Source of the DNA: Candidatus Omnitrophota bacterium | GTDB taxonomy: Bacteria; Omnitrophota; Omnitrophia; Omnitrophales; Aquincolibacteriaceae | Direction of reading: 5' to 3' | Length of the DNA stretch: 36,036 bases | NCBI GenBank assembly: GCA_043803685.1 | Contig: JAZDJU010000014.1 | Location: forward strand, 1 to 36,036 | The notes under the pieces: model-generated | Database searches by the model: none | The model's input: only the letters and a program-made list of their open reading frames with translations | What the model was told of the DNA's origin: nothing | Made by a program: the position numbers and the translations under genes | Shown here: positions 1-8,423 of the stretch, one piece after another | Layout: the number at the start of each line of letters is the position of its first letter | Position numbering within the stretch: position 1 is the stretch's first letter

Positions 1-73
1 GAGGAAAGCGGATCCTGAATTTCTTAACCTGTTGAAAATAAAAGGGTTGTGAGATTTTTAGGGGCTCTTTTCC

Positions 74-101
74 TTGACATATCCAAGGGAATCCCTATAA
101 T
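74..101 (+). promoter_or_regulatory. sigma70-type promoter for the yicC-gmk-rpoZ-coaC-coaB operon
   Basis: Perfect TTGACA (74-79) and TATAAT (96-101) with a 16-nt spacer, 84 nt upstream of the yicC start. A short inverted repeat CCTTG-N7-CAAGG overlaps the -35 box. Confidence 0.8.
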
Positions 102-184
102 ACGCCATTCGTTGCTTGACCTCGCAACATATGAGAGCCCAGGCGAACGACGCATCCTGTAACTTTCCTGAGATTCCATAAATT

Positions 185-1063
185 ATGATAAGAAGCATGA
201 CCTCTTTTGCCCGTGTGTCGTTCACGGCTTTGGGGAAGCGTTGGATCGCTGAAATAAAGTCGCTTAATCAGCGGTTTTTTGAGCTTTCTTTGCGACTTCC
301 GCCCGCGATGTACCCGTTCGAGCCACAGGTGCGTCAGCTTGTCCAGTCCGTCATGCGTCGTGGAAAAGTGATGCTCAGCATTTCGGAAGAGGGCCGTCCT
401 GGCGAGTTGCTTGTTTATGAGCTTGATCAGGATCAGGTTCGTGCCTATCTCGCCTCGGCAAAAAAGGTCAAAGCCAAGTTCCAGTTGGACGGAGAACTTA
501 CGCTCGCCAAGGTTATGAGCTTACCCGGCGTAGTGAGAGAAAAGACTTCCGAGGATGTTAAGGTTTGGAGTTGGGCGAAACTGAGCGACTCTCTGAAAAA
601 GGTATTGGAGAAAGCCGTTTACCATAAGGAAGAGGAAGGCGAAAAGTTGGACAAAGACTTTCGTCAGCGCCTGGATCATATCGCCCGGACGATGCACAAG
701 ATCGAGACTCTTGTGAATGGGAATCAAAAGGTTTATTTTGAAAAACTCAAGAGTCGCCTCGGGGATCTTTTGGGCGATGAGAAGCTCGATACGGATCGGC
801 TCTACCGAGAGGTGGCTTTCTTGGCCGAGCGTTCCGATATTACCGAGGAAACGGTTCGGATGAAAAGTCACTTGGAGCTTTTTGCGAAATGGCTTGATCG
901 ACAGGGTGAGATCGGCCGGGAACTGGATTTCCTTTGCCAGGAAATGAACCGGGAGGCCAATACGATGGCTTCCAAGGCCCAGCTTTTCGAAGTTTCTCAA
1001 GAGACTATCGCGATCAAAAGTGAGATCGAGAAGATCCGCGTGCAGGTTCAGAATGTCGAATAA
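185..1063 (+). CDS. yicC: YicC/YloC family endoribonuclease
   Basis: N-terminal MIRSMTSFAR and EIKSLNQRF; C-terminal DITEETVRMKSH, GRELDFLCQEMNREANT and EKIRVQVQNVE; classic position upstream of gmk. Confidence 0.95.
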   Translation: MIRSMTSFARVSFTALGKRWIAEIKSLNQRFFELSLRLPPAMYPFEPQVRQLVQSVMRRGKVMLSISEEGRPGELLVYELDQDQVRAYLASAKKVKAKFQLDGELTLAKVMSLPGVVREKTSEDVKVWSWAKLSDSLKKVLEKAVYHKEEEGEKLDKDFRQRLDHIARTMHKIETLVNGNQKVYFEKLKSRLGDLLGDEKLDTDRLYREVAFLAERSDITEETVRMKSHLELFAKWLDRQGEIGRELDFLCQEMNREANTMASKAQLFEVSQETIAIKSEIEKIRVQVQNVE

Positions 1064-1658
1064 AAAGGCCGGGCTGGGAGAGGGAGTTTTGGTGGTGCTG
1101 TCCGCACCTTCGGGATGCGGCAAGACAAGCATCGTGGAGCGCCTCCTGAAACGACATCCCGATTGGGTCCGTTCGATATCAGCGACGACGCGGAAGCCCC
1201 GGGTCGATGAAAAAGACGCTCAGGATTATTTCTTTTATTCCCGGCAAGATTTTGAGAAGAAAGTTCGTGAAGGGAAGATGCTGGAGCATGCCGAGATCTA
1301 TGGCAATCTCTACGGTACTCCTCGGGAATTCGTGGAAGAGCAAGTCTCTCAGGATAAGATCGTGGTCATGACGATCGATGTTCAGGGGACGAAGCAGATC
1401 ATGGGGGCCTGGGGGAAAGAGCGTTCGCTTTTGAGTGTTTTCGTTCTTCCTCCATCGGTCAAAGTGTTGAGAGATCGGCTTACGGGGAGGAACACCGAAA
1501 GTCCTGAAGAGATCGAAAAGAGGATCGGTATCGCGCAAGATGAGATCAAGGAAGCAAAGCTTTACGACCATACGGTCATCAATCAGAATTTGGATCAGGC
1601 TGTTCTGGAGGTTGAAGAAATTATTTTGAATGTTTCTAAACAAAGGAGAGAAAAATAA
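1053..1658 (+). CDS. gmk: guanylate kinase
   Basis: P-loop SAPSGCGKTS, SISATTRKPR, YGNLYGTP and DVQG motifs. ATG at 1053 overlaps the yicC stop (the ORF track start at 1020 is probably too early). Confidence 0.96.
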   Translation: MSNKKAGLGEGVLVVLSAPSGCGKTSIVERLLKRHPDWVRSISATTRKPRVDEKDAQDYFFYSRQDFEKKVREGKMLEHAEIYGNLYGTPREFVEEQVSQDKIVVMTIDVQGTKQIMGAWGKERSLLSVFVLPPSVKVLRDRLTGRNTESPEEIEKRIGIAQDEIKEAKLYDHTVINQNLDQAVLEVEEIILNVSKQRREK

Positions 1659-1660
1659 TC

Positions 1661-1882
1661 ATGGCGTACATCGCGTTGGAAAAAATACTTTCGGAAAAGA
1701 ACAAGAGTCTCTACAAGAGCGTGTTGACCGCAGCGGCCCGGGCCAATGAACTAGCGCAAGGCGCATCGCCGCTTATCAAAACAGAATCTAAAAAAGTCGC
1801 GACCATCGCTCTTTATGAAATGGCCGCCAAGAAGATCAGCTATGCTGAAACCAAAGCCAAGAGCAAGAAAACTCTCGGGTAA
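1661..1882 (+). CDS. rpoZ: DNA-directed RNA polymerase omega subunit
   Basis: 73 aa with SLYKSVLTAAARANEL and KVATIALYEM; AGGAG RBS; sits between gmk and the coaBC genes. Confidence 0.9.
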   Translation: MAYIALEKILSEKNKSLYKSVLTAAARANELAQGASPLIKTESKKVATIALYEMAAKKISYAETKAKSKKTLG

Positions 1883-2429
1883 GACAGTCCTTCATATTCT
1901 GACGGGGAGTATCGCTGCCTACAAGGCCCCCGGAATGATCAAGAAGTTGAAGGCTCACGGCGCGAGGGTGGTGTGTGTCATGACGCATTGCGCCAAGGAA
2001 TTCGTGACGCCGACTGTCCTTCGGACTGTCAGTGGAGAGCGCGTGTATTCGGAGATGTTCCCGCAGGACGCTCCATTTGGAGTGTTGCACACATCCCTTG
2101 CGGATCTCCCGCATCTTGTGCTGGTTTCTCCTGCGACTGCAAATTTCATCGCGAAGATGGCGACGGGCATTTCCGATGATCTCGCCAGTTGTCTGGTGCT
2201 CGCGACGCGAAAACCGGTCTTGGTCGCTCCGGCCATGAACGACAACATGTTGACGCATCCTGTTACCCAAAAGAATATCGCCCAGCTCAAGGCTCTCGGG
2301 TATCATTTCGCGGACCCGATCGAGGGGGATTTAGCGTGTGATCGTGTCGGGGTTGGACATATTGCTTCTGAAGACTCCATCCTGGCTTGCGTTACGAAAA
2401 TTCTTTCTAAAAGTTCCTGCCGCAGGTAA
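1842..2429 (+). CDS. coaC: phosphopantothenoylcysteine decarboxylase (CoaC half of CoaBC, flavoprotein)
   Basis: TGSIAAYKA, PATANFIAK, APAMNDNM and GDLAC..G.G motifs. Probable ATG at 1842 overlaps the end of rpoZ. Confidence 0.9.
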   Translation: MLKPKPRARKLSGKTVLHILTGSIAAYKAPGMIKKLKAHGARVVCVMTHCAKEFVTPTVLRTVSGERVYSEMFPQDAPFGVLHTSLADLPHLVLVSPATANFIAKMATGISDDLASCLVLATRKPVLVAPAMNDNMLTHPVTQKNIAQLKALGYHFADPIEGDLACDRVGVGHIASEDSILACVTKILSKSSCRR

Positions 2430-2436
2430 TATCGAA

Positions 2437-3090
2437 GTGGCGCCTCGCCCTCCTAAGATCCTCATCACCGCAGGCCCCACACGGGAAATGATCGATCCTG
2501 TACGTTTTCTCTCCAATCTCTCGACAGGCGAAATGGGGTACGCGCTCGCGCGCGCCGCTGTTTCCAGGGGGTATCACGTGAGTCTGGTCAGTGGGCCGAC
2601 CCATCTTCGTCCCCCCAAGGGTGTGATGTTCTATAGCGTCACCTCGGCCGTGGAAATGAAAAAAGTTTGCATGGAACTTTTTCCCGATCACGACGGTCTC
2701 ATTATGACAGCGGCTGTATGCGACTTTATGCCAGCCTCGACAGGTCGCCACAAGATCCCGAGTGCGAAGGGCCTGACGCTTAAACTTAAGCGGACGCCGG
2801 ATATTCTGGCAACGCTCGCGAAACGGAAGCGCAGACGGATCGTGATCGGTTTTTGTCTTGAGACCCGGGATCTGATACCCCGAGCGACTGAGAAGCTTGT
2901 CAGAAAGAAGTTGGACGGGATCGTGGCGAACTTTTACGGTTCAGGGTGCATCCCTTTTGGAAATAGGCGTGTGAATGTGCGCTTGATCGATTCTGTGGGA
3001 GCTGTCCAAACGATCGAGGATCGGTCCAAGGCGCAAGTGGCACGAGCGATCCTGGCTTGGATGACGAGTATGCATCAGAGGGGGCGTTAG
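2437..3090 (+). CDS. coaB: phosphopantothenate--cysteine ligase (CoaB half of CoaBC)
   Basis: ILITAGPTREMIDPVRFLSNLSTGEMG, AAVCDF, TPDIL, GFCLET and KKLDGIVAN motifs. Probable GTG start at 2437, 7 nt after the coaC stop. Confidence 0.9.
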   Translation: MAPRPPKILITAGPTREMIDPVRFLSNLSTGEMGYALARAAVSRGYHVSLVSGPTHLRPPKGVMFYSVTSAVEMKKVCMELFPDHDGLIMTAAVCDFMPASTGRHKIPSAKGLTLKLKRTPDILATLAKRKRRRIVIGFCLETRDLIPRATEKLVRKKLDGIVANFYGSGCIPFGNRRVNVRLIDSVGAVQTIEDRSKAQVARAILAWMTSMHQRGR

Positions 3091-3255
3091 ATTTTTGAGG
3101 CAGAAGTTTAGGGGTTTGTTTTGTCGCAACTCGGCGCAAACAAACAAGAAGTGGCGCCAAAAATCTATTTTGAAAATCAAAAAAGTGATTATAATGAGCG
3201 GCATTAAGAAAATGAATTTTTTTGCTAGGTTCGGACTTGGACAGAGGAGAGAATC

Positions 3256-3738
3256 ATGAAAAACATTCAAAATAAGTTGGTGTCTCTATTGATCTTGTCG
3301 CTTGTCTTCAGCGGATGTGCAACGGAGAGCGGTCTTTCGGAGCGGGAAACGGGAGGTTTGGCGGGTGCGGCATTGGGTGCGGGGATTGGGGCTCTTGCTG
3401 GAAGCGCGACGGGACACGCGGGCGTTGGAACTGCCATTGGCGCAGGGGCGGGTCTTCTGACGGGCGTGGTGGCGGGCGAGATGGCGCGTCGTCAAAAGGA
3501 GCAGACAAAGAAAGAACTGCGACAGGAGATGATGCAACAGCAGTATCAGCCTCAATATGCGCCTCAACCGGTTTCGGCCCAAGGGACTGCGACGAGTGTT
3601 CAGCAGCCTGTCTATGCATCCTCTTCCGCCCCAAAGCAGGAATTGAACACCAAATATAATCCTCGGACGGGGCAGACCTTTCCCTCCAATTACACCTTTG
3701 ATCCGAATACCGGTGAAGAACTGAAGTTGCTCCAATAA
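3256..3738 (+). CDS. glycine-zipper lipoprotein with Q/P-rich linker and a small C-terminal ribbon-like domain
   Basis: GAGGAG RBS; lipobox LVFSG-C; GAALGAGIGALAG...GTAIGAGAGLLTG glycine zipper; Gln-rich linker. Confidence 0.8.
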   Translation: MKNIQNKLVSLLILSLVFSGCATESGLSERETGGLAGAALGAGIGALAGSATGHAGVGTAIGAGAGLLTGVVAGEMARRQKEQTKKELRQEMMQQQYQPQYAPQPVSAQGTATSVQQPVYASSSAPKQELNTKYNPRTGQTFPSNYTFDPNTGEELKLLQ

Positions 3739-3742
3739 CGCC

Positions 3743-4843
3743 ATGAAAAATATCCAGAAGATCAAAAAAATCGGGGTCTTGACCGGAGGTGGGGACTGTC
3801 CGGGACTGAACGCGGTTATTCGAGCTGTCACCAAATCCGCCATCGCAAACTATGGGTTGGAGGTTTTTGGGATCGAAGATGGTTACGCGGGGCTCATCGA
3901 AAAACGTGGACACGAATTGACTCAGACGCAGGTTTCCGGGATCCTTACTTTGGGTGGGACCATTCTGGGAACGTCCAATCGTGCGGACCCTTTCAGGATT
4001 CCCGTGGAGAAGGGAAAGAAGATCGTATTCGAAGATCATTCCGATCAGGCGATCGAGCATTTTCGCCAGTGGGGCCTGGACGTGTTGGTCGCCGTGGGGG
4101 GCGATGGGACCCTTTCCATTGCCAACAAGCTCGGACACAAGGGGATCCCCGTGGTTGGAATTCCAAAAACCATCGATAACGATCTGAGTGGTACGGATTA
4201 CACGTTCGGTTTTCACACCGCCGTCAGCATTTGCACCGAAGCAATCGACCGGCTCCATACGACGGCGGCGGCGCACCACCGGGTGATGATTCTGGAAGTG
4301 ATGGGGCGGAACGCTGGTTGGATCGCGCTCCATTCCGGATCGGCGGGTGGCGCGGATATTATTTTGATCCCGGAGATCCCGTACTCTATGGACGCGATCT
4401 CTAAGGCCGTCAAGAAGCGGGCTCAGCACGGAAAGAAGTTCAGCCTGATCGTTGCGGCGGAGGGCGCGAAAGAAAAAGGCGGGAAGGTTATTGAGAAAAA
4501 AAGTGACCCCAAAAATCCTTATCCCATCAAGCTTGGAGGGGTCGGAAAGTATCTTGAGGAAAGCCTTGAGAAATGCACCGGACTTGAAACGCGTTCAGCC
4601 TGTTTGGGACACATTCAGCGGGGTGGTTCGCCGGTCCCTGCAGACCGGAATTTGGGGACGCTCTTTGGAACATATGCGGTGGAGCTGATCCATCAACAAA
4701 AGTGGGCCCAGATGGTTTGCGTGCAAGGGAGTGCTATCCGTTCGATCCCGATAGAAGATGCGGTTCATAAGCTCAAAGTCGTGAACTCTGACAGTCCTCT
4801 TGTTGTGTCTAGCGAGGCCGTTGGCATCAGCTTTGGGCGTTAG
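3743..4843 (+). CDS. pfkA: 6-phosphofructokinase (PfkA family, group III type, probably ATP-dependent)
   Basis: TGGGDCPGLN, GGTILGTS, GGDGT, PKTIDND, EVMGRNAG and LGHIQRGG motifs. The GGDG (Gly) plus PKTIDND (Lys) pattern matches group III enzymes. Confidence 0.93.
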   Translation: MKNIQKIKKIGVLTGGGDCPGLNAVIRAVTKSAIANYGLEVFGIEDGYAGLIEKRGHELTQTQVSGILTLGGTILGTSNRADPFRIPVEKGKKIVFEDHSDQAIEHFRQWGLDVLVAVGGDGTLSIANKLGHKGIPVVGIPKTIDNDLSGTDYTFGFHTAVSICTEAIDRLHTTAAAHHRVMILEVMGRNAGWIALHSGSAGGADIILIPEIPYSMDAISKAVKKRAQHGKKFSLIVAAEGAKEKGGKVIEKKSDPKNPYPIKLGGVGKYLEESLEKCTGLETRSACLGHIQRGGSPVPADRNLGTLFGTYAVELIHQQKWAQMVCVQGSAIRSIPIEDAVHKLKVVNSDSPLVVSSEAVGISFGR

Positions 4844-4972
4844 GGTTCGAAAAAGGGCAGTTGGATCTGGCAGGTTTTCCTTCCTGATTTTCTTTATTCT
4901 AGCCCTTCCCTTAACGGGATATAGAGGTTAGTATTTGCCCCGGTGCGGTTCCTGTTTTTTATGATAAGGGGG

Positions 4973-6385
4973 ATGTCAGTGCGATCTAGCTCACCCGGTA
5001 TATTGTTGCTGGCCTTTGTTTTTTTTGGAATGGCTCCGATCCTCCCCGCCCAAGAGATGACCGTGGATCCGGCTGTTTCGAATCCATCCTCCGAATATCA
5101 GATCGGTCCCGAAAATGTTCTCCAGATCGATGTCTATTACGGCAAAAGCGAAAAACTCTCCCAAAAGGTTCGGGTCTCTTCGCGGGGGGTCATAAATTTT
5201 CCTCTTGTGGGGGAGGTCTCCGTGGCGGGTCTTACCGTTTCACAACTCCAGGAAAGATTGAAAGAGATCCTCGAGAAGGATTATCTTGTCAATCCCCAAG
5301 TGACGGTTTTTATTGAGGAATATAGCACGGTGACGATCATGGGCGAGGTGAAGAAGCCAGGCGCTTATCCGATCAAGGGGCGGCTGACGGTCGTGGGTTT
5401 AATTTCTATGGCGGAGGGGTTTGCTGAAAACGCCTCACCGAACGATGTCAAAGTCCTGCATATCAATGCTGACGGGACTCAACAAGAGAGCATTGTCCGG
5501 GTTCAGGACCTTATGAGCAAAAACTCCGGGGATCGTGGAGGGGTGCTTCTTCGCTCCGGGGATGTGGTGAATGTCCCCAAAAGCACGGTGACGATCATGG
5601 GCGAAGTAAAGAAGCCGGGTGCCTATCCTACCAAAGGGAGCCTGACCGTCATTGAATTGATCTCTCTGGCCGAGGGGTTCAGCGAGAATGCATCCCCCAA
5701 TGAAGTGAAAGTGATGCGTACGAATCTTGATGGTACCAAGCAAGAGGATATTGTCCGGGTTCAGGATATTATGAGCAGAAAATCCGGTGGGAGTGGCAAT
5801 TCCGGTGACAATGAAGGTTTTCTGCTACGCTCTGGAGATGTGGTCAACGTTCCGAAAAGCACGGTGACGATCATGGGCGAGGTGGAAAAGCCGGGAGCTT
5901 ATCCAACCAAAGGGCGCCTGAGCGTTATTGAACTGATATCTCTCGCAGAAGGATTTAGCGAGAATGCTTCGCCCAATGAAGTAAAAGTCATCCGGACGCT
6001 TCCTGACGGAACGAAGAGTGAGAGCATCGTGCAGGTCAAAGACATTATGAACAAGAATTCCGGGGATAACGAAGGCCTGCTTTTGAATACCGGCGATGTC
6101 GTGGTGGTCCCTGAGAGCACCGTGACGATCATGGGCGAAGTGAAAAAGCCGGGGGCTTATCCAACGAAGGGGCGTCTCACCGTGATCGAGCTCATCGGTC
6201 TCGCCGAGGGTTTTACCAAGATCGCGGCGCCTAATAAAGTCAAAGTTATTCACACCAACCCCGACGGCACCAAACAGGAAAGCATTGTCCGGGTGAACGA
6301 TATCATGAATAAGAATTCCGGTGATAATGAGGGGCTTGTCCTTCGCGCAGGCGATGTGGTGGTCGTTCCCGAAAGTCTTTTTTAG
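4973..6385 (+). CDS. polysaccharide export (OPX/Wza-like) protein: Poly_export domain plus 4 SLBB repeats, no lipobox and no C-terminal helix
   Basis: YQIGPENVLQI..RVSSRGVINFPLVGEVSVAGLT..YLVNPQVTV domain followed by four VTIMGEVxKPGAYP...GDVVxVP repeats. Cleavable signal peptide with no Cys. Start uncertain (4943-4979). Confidence 0.9.
   Translation: MSVRSSSPGILLLAFVFFGMAPILPAQEMTVDPAVSNPSSEYQIGPENVLQIDVYYGKSEKLSQKVRVSSRGVINFPLVGEVSVAGLTVSQLQERLKEILEKDYLVNPQVTVFIEEYSTVTIMGEVKKPGAYPIKGRLTVVGLISMAEGFAENASPNDVKVLHINADGTQQESIVRVQDLMSKNSGDRGGVLLRSGDVVNVPKSTVTIMGEVKKPGAYPTKGSLTVIELISLAEGFSENASPNEVKVMRTNLDGTKQEDIVRVQDIMSRKSGGSGNSGDNEGFLLRSGDVVNVPKSTVTIMGEVEKPGAYPTKGRLSVIELISLAEGFSENASPNEVKVIRTLPDGTKSESIVQVKDIMNKNSGDNEGLLLNTGDVVVVPESTVTIMGEVKKPGAYPTKGRLTVIELIGLAEGFTKIAAPNKVKVIHTNPDGTKQESIVRVNDIMNKNSGDNEGLVLRAGDVVVVPESLF
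5324..6385 (+). repeat. four intragenic tandem repeats encoding SLBB domains
   Basis: Units begin AGCAC(G/C)GTGACGATCATGGGCGA at 5324, 5582, 5858 and 6116, giving periods of 258, 276 and 258 bp (86/92/86 aa; unit 2 carries a 6-aa insert). Confidence 0.95.
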
Positions 6386-6483
6386 AAAAAGGGTATACGG
6401 CGATCTGCCGAGGTATTTCTTGTGGGCTTTTATGGATTATGGTAAATTCACCGCGGTTCCATTCAAACTGCTAGGGAGCTTCT

Positions 6484-7074
6484 ATGATCAAGAAGATATC
6501 GTTACTGGCGATCGGATTCCTTATCTGTTTCCCACTGGCCGCTTTCGCGGCTGTCCTTGTTGAGGGGCGTACGGGCACATTGATCATTACGAACCCTGAC
6601 GGCACTACTATTACGGCTGGGCCCAATGACCCTCTCCCTGTGATCCAGGACGGTGCTTCCGTTAAAGTAATGGATGGTGTCGCACGCATCTCTACGACGG
6701 GTACTACGATCCTCCAGGTTTTAGCCGGGACTTTAACATTTCAGCTTGCGCCAGGGACGATCCTGAACGTCATGTTTGAGCCGACGGGTGCGGTGATCGC
6801 CGAAGCTATGACGGGGCAAATGACGACAGTCATTGCCGACGGCAGGACCGCAACGATGGATGCGGGGGATCAGATCCGTTTGACGCCGGACGGTGGATTT
6901 GAGGCGTTCAAGGGTGAAATAATCCTGACCGATAGCACAGGGAAGACCGAAATATTGGGTGCCGGCATCAAGATCGAGGGTTACACACCTCCGGAGACTC
7001 CTGACGTACTAACCGTCGATACGCAAGTACAGAGTGAAGAAACTTCCCGAGATATCAGTCCGGTTCAATCCTGA
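6484..7074 (+). CDS. secreted beta-rich (FecR-like) protein with conserved C-terminal EGYTPPE...SEETSRDISPVQS tail
   Basis: GGGAG RBS; signal peptide ending AFA-A; Thr/Gly-rich repeated beta motif (EGRTGTLIITNPDGTT / EAMTGQMTTVIADGRT / EAFKGEIILTDSTGKT); tail shared with 26500-27282. Confidence 0.8.
   Translation: MIKKISLLAIGFLICFPLAAFAAVLVEGRTGTLIITNPDGTTITAGPNDPLPVIQDGASVKVMDGVARISTTGTTILQVLAGTLTFQLAPGTILNVMFEPTGAVIAEAMTGQMTTVIADGRTATMDAGDQIRLTPDGGFEAFKGEIILTDSTGKTEILGAGIKIEGYTPPETPDVLTVDTQVQSEETSRDISPVQS
6976..7074 (+). repeat. dispersed protein-level repeat, copy 1 (32-aa C-terminal tail)
   Basis: EGYTPPETPDVLTVDTQVQSEETSRDISPVQS*, 26/32 aa identical to 27184-27282. Confidence 0.95.
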
Positions 7075-7105
7075 TCATGAGCGGAATTTTGAGAGGAAAC
7101 CTATT

Positions 7106-8314
7106 TTGAATTTTTCAAGGCTTTTGCTTGCGGCATGGATGTTCAGCTTTGTGCTTGTTCCGGCGGTGTCCGCTAAGACCTATCGCGAAGAAGGTATCCG
7201 AATCGGGGGGAACGAGTTTAAGGAAGTCAAAGGCATCCGCATGGGCAAAGCCCGCGTCAAGGGCGGTTTTTCCACGCAGGGCCAGTTCGACTCCAACGTG
7301 TATTTGACCCCCAAAAAAGGAACTAAAGATTACATTTTTACTTTAAGTCCCAAGGTCCTCATGGACCTGCCTTTCGGGATCGATGAACGCCATCTTTTTC
7401 AGGCGTTGTACATGGGAGAGGGCGGTCTTTTCTGCAGTCAGACAAGCCAGAACTACATGAATGAACGTGGCGCGGTCAATTTGAACCTGCGGCTTCCCTT
7501 TGGTTTTTTTAATACGAATGACGATTTCAAAGACACGACCGATCGTTCCGGGACGGAATTTACGACTCGGGTTCATCGGTTGGAGAATACCGCATCCGCT
7601 ACGATGGGGGTTCAGCACAACAAGTTGAGCTATGAGGTCAACTACACCAATTTTTTTAAATGGTACTATAAACAGCAATACAAGGACCTTGGATATTTTG
7701 AGAACGATTTCAAGGGGACCGTTTTTTATCAGTTGTTCCCCAAAACCCAGGCGCTGATTGATTATACGTTCGGCTTGCTGGACTACTACAGGAACAAATC
7801 CCGTAACGGTTACCTCAATCAGGTAACGACCGGTCTTAAAGGAGATCTTACCGGAAAAACCATCGGGATCGCCAAGGCCGGTTTTCAGGCCAGGGATTAT
7901 GATGTTGGTAAAGGGTATGTGGGGTTTGTGGGTGAATTAGGCGCTATTACAAAATTCTCGGAGCGTACAGAAGTGACACTCAAATATCACACGACCCCGG
8001 TCGAGTCGGTGGCGAATAGCGGCAATTACTACACGAGCAACATTCTGAGCGCCCAGTTGGATCAAAAGCTGATGGGGCATTTTAGTGCCATGTTGAGGAC
8101 TTCGGTCGCGCTTGATCACTATCCCCAGGTCGATCAAGGCACGGACACCAAGCGCAGGGATTGGTTGTTCGATGAAAGTATTTGGCTGTATTACAACATC
8201 AAGAATTGGGGCAAGATCGGAATCGGATATGATTTCAGGCGGCGCGCTTCCAATATCGGTTCCCAGTCCTATACTGATAATCTGGTTTCGACGCGTTTTG
8301 ACTTCGTTTTCTAA
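7106..8314 (+). CDS. outer-membrane beta-barrel protein of polysaccharide loci (BBP2 / VpsM / EpsX-like)
   Basis: TTG start after GAGAGG RBS; signal peptide; FDSNVY motif; alternating aromatic beta-strands; ends in Phe (RFDFVF, BAM signature); lies between OPX and Wzc genes. Confidence 0.8.
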   Translation: MNFSRLLLAAWMFSFVLVPAVSAKTYREEGIRIGGNEFKEVKGIRMGKARVKGGFSTQGQFDSNVYLTPKKGTKDYIFTLSPKVLMDLPFGIDERHLFQALYMGEGGLFCSQTSQNYMNERGAVNLNLRLPFGFFNTNDDFKDTTDRSGTEFTTRVHRLENTASATMGVQHNKLSYEVNYTNFFKWYYKQQYKDLGYFENDFKGTVFYQLFPKTQALIDYTFGLLDYYRNKSRNGYLNQVTTGLKGDLTGKTIGIAKAGFQARDYDVGKGYVGFVGELGAITKFSERTEVTLKYHTTPVESVANSGNYYTSNILSAQLDQKLMGHFSAMLRTSVALDHYPQVDQGTDTKRRDWLFDESIWLYYNIKNWGKIGIGYDFRRRASNIGSQSYTDNLVSTRFDFVF

Positions 8315-8423
8315 CTTCCAGGGATCCCACGAGCAAGAGTCCCGGTTATCGCGGATCTCGCTCCTTCGTGTCGCCGGTCCGCAGGGGTCGTTCTTGGGAC
8401 GATCGCATAGAGGCTAAAATAAT

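Noticed and set aside
3170..3195. sigma70 promoter for the lipoprotein-pfkA genes (TTGAAA...TATAAT)
   Set aside because: The TATAAT is perfect but the spacer is only 14 nt, so it was not called as a feature.
3286..4429. Long minus-strand ORFs (3308-4429, 373 aa; 3286-3843) and similar antisense ORFs throughout the window
   Set aside because: They are shadows of well-supported + strand genes, with no motifs or RBS support.
5324..6385. CRISPR-like or mobile direct repeats
   Set aside because: The repeats are in-frame 258-276 bp coding units similar along their whole length (SLBB domains), with no unique spacers and no cas genes.
6976..7074. PEP-CTERM/exosortase or sortase substrate
   Set aside because: The tail has no hydrophobic TM segment or basic terminal cluster, and no exosortase or sortase gene is recognisable in the window.
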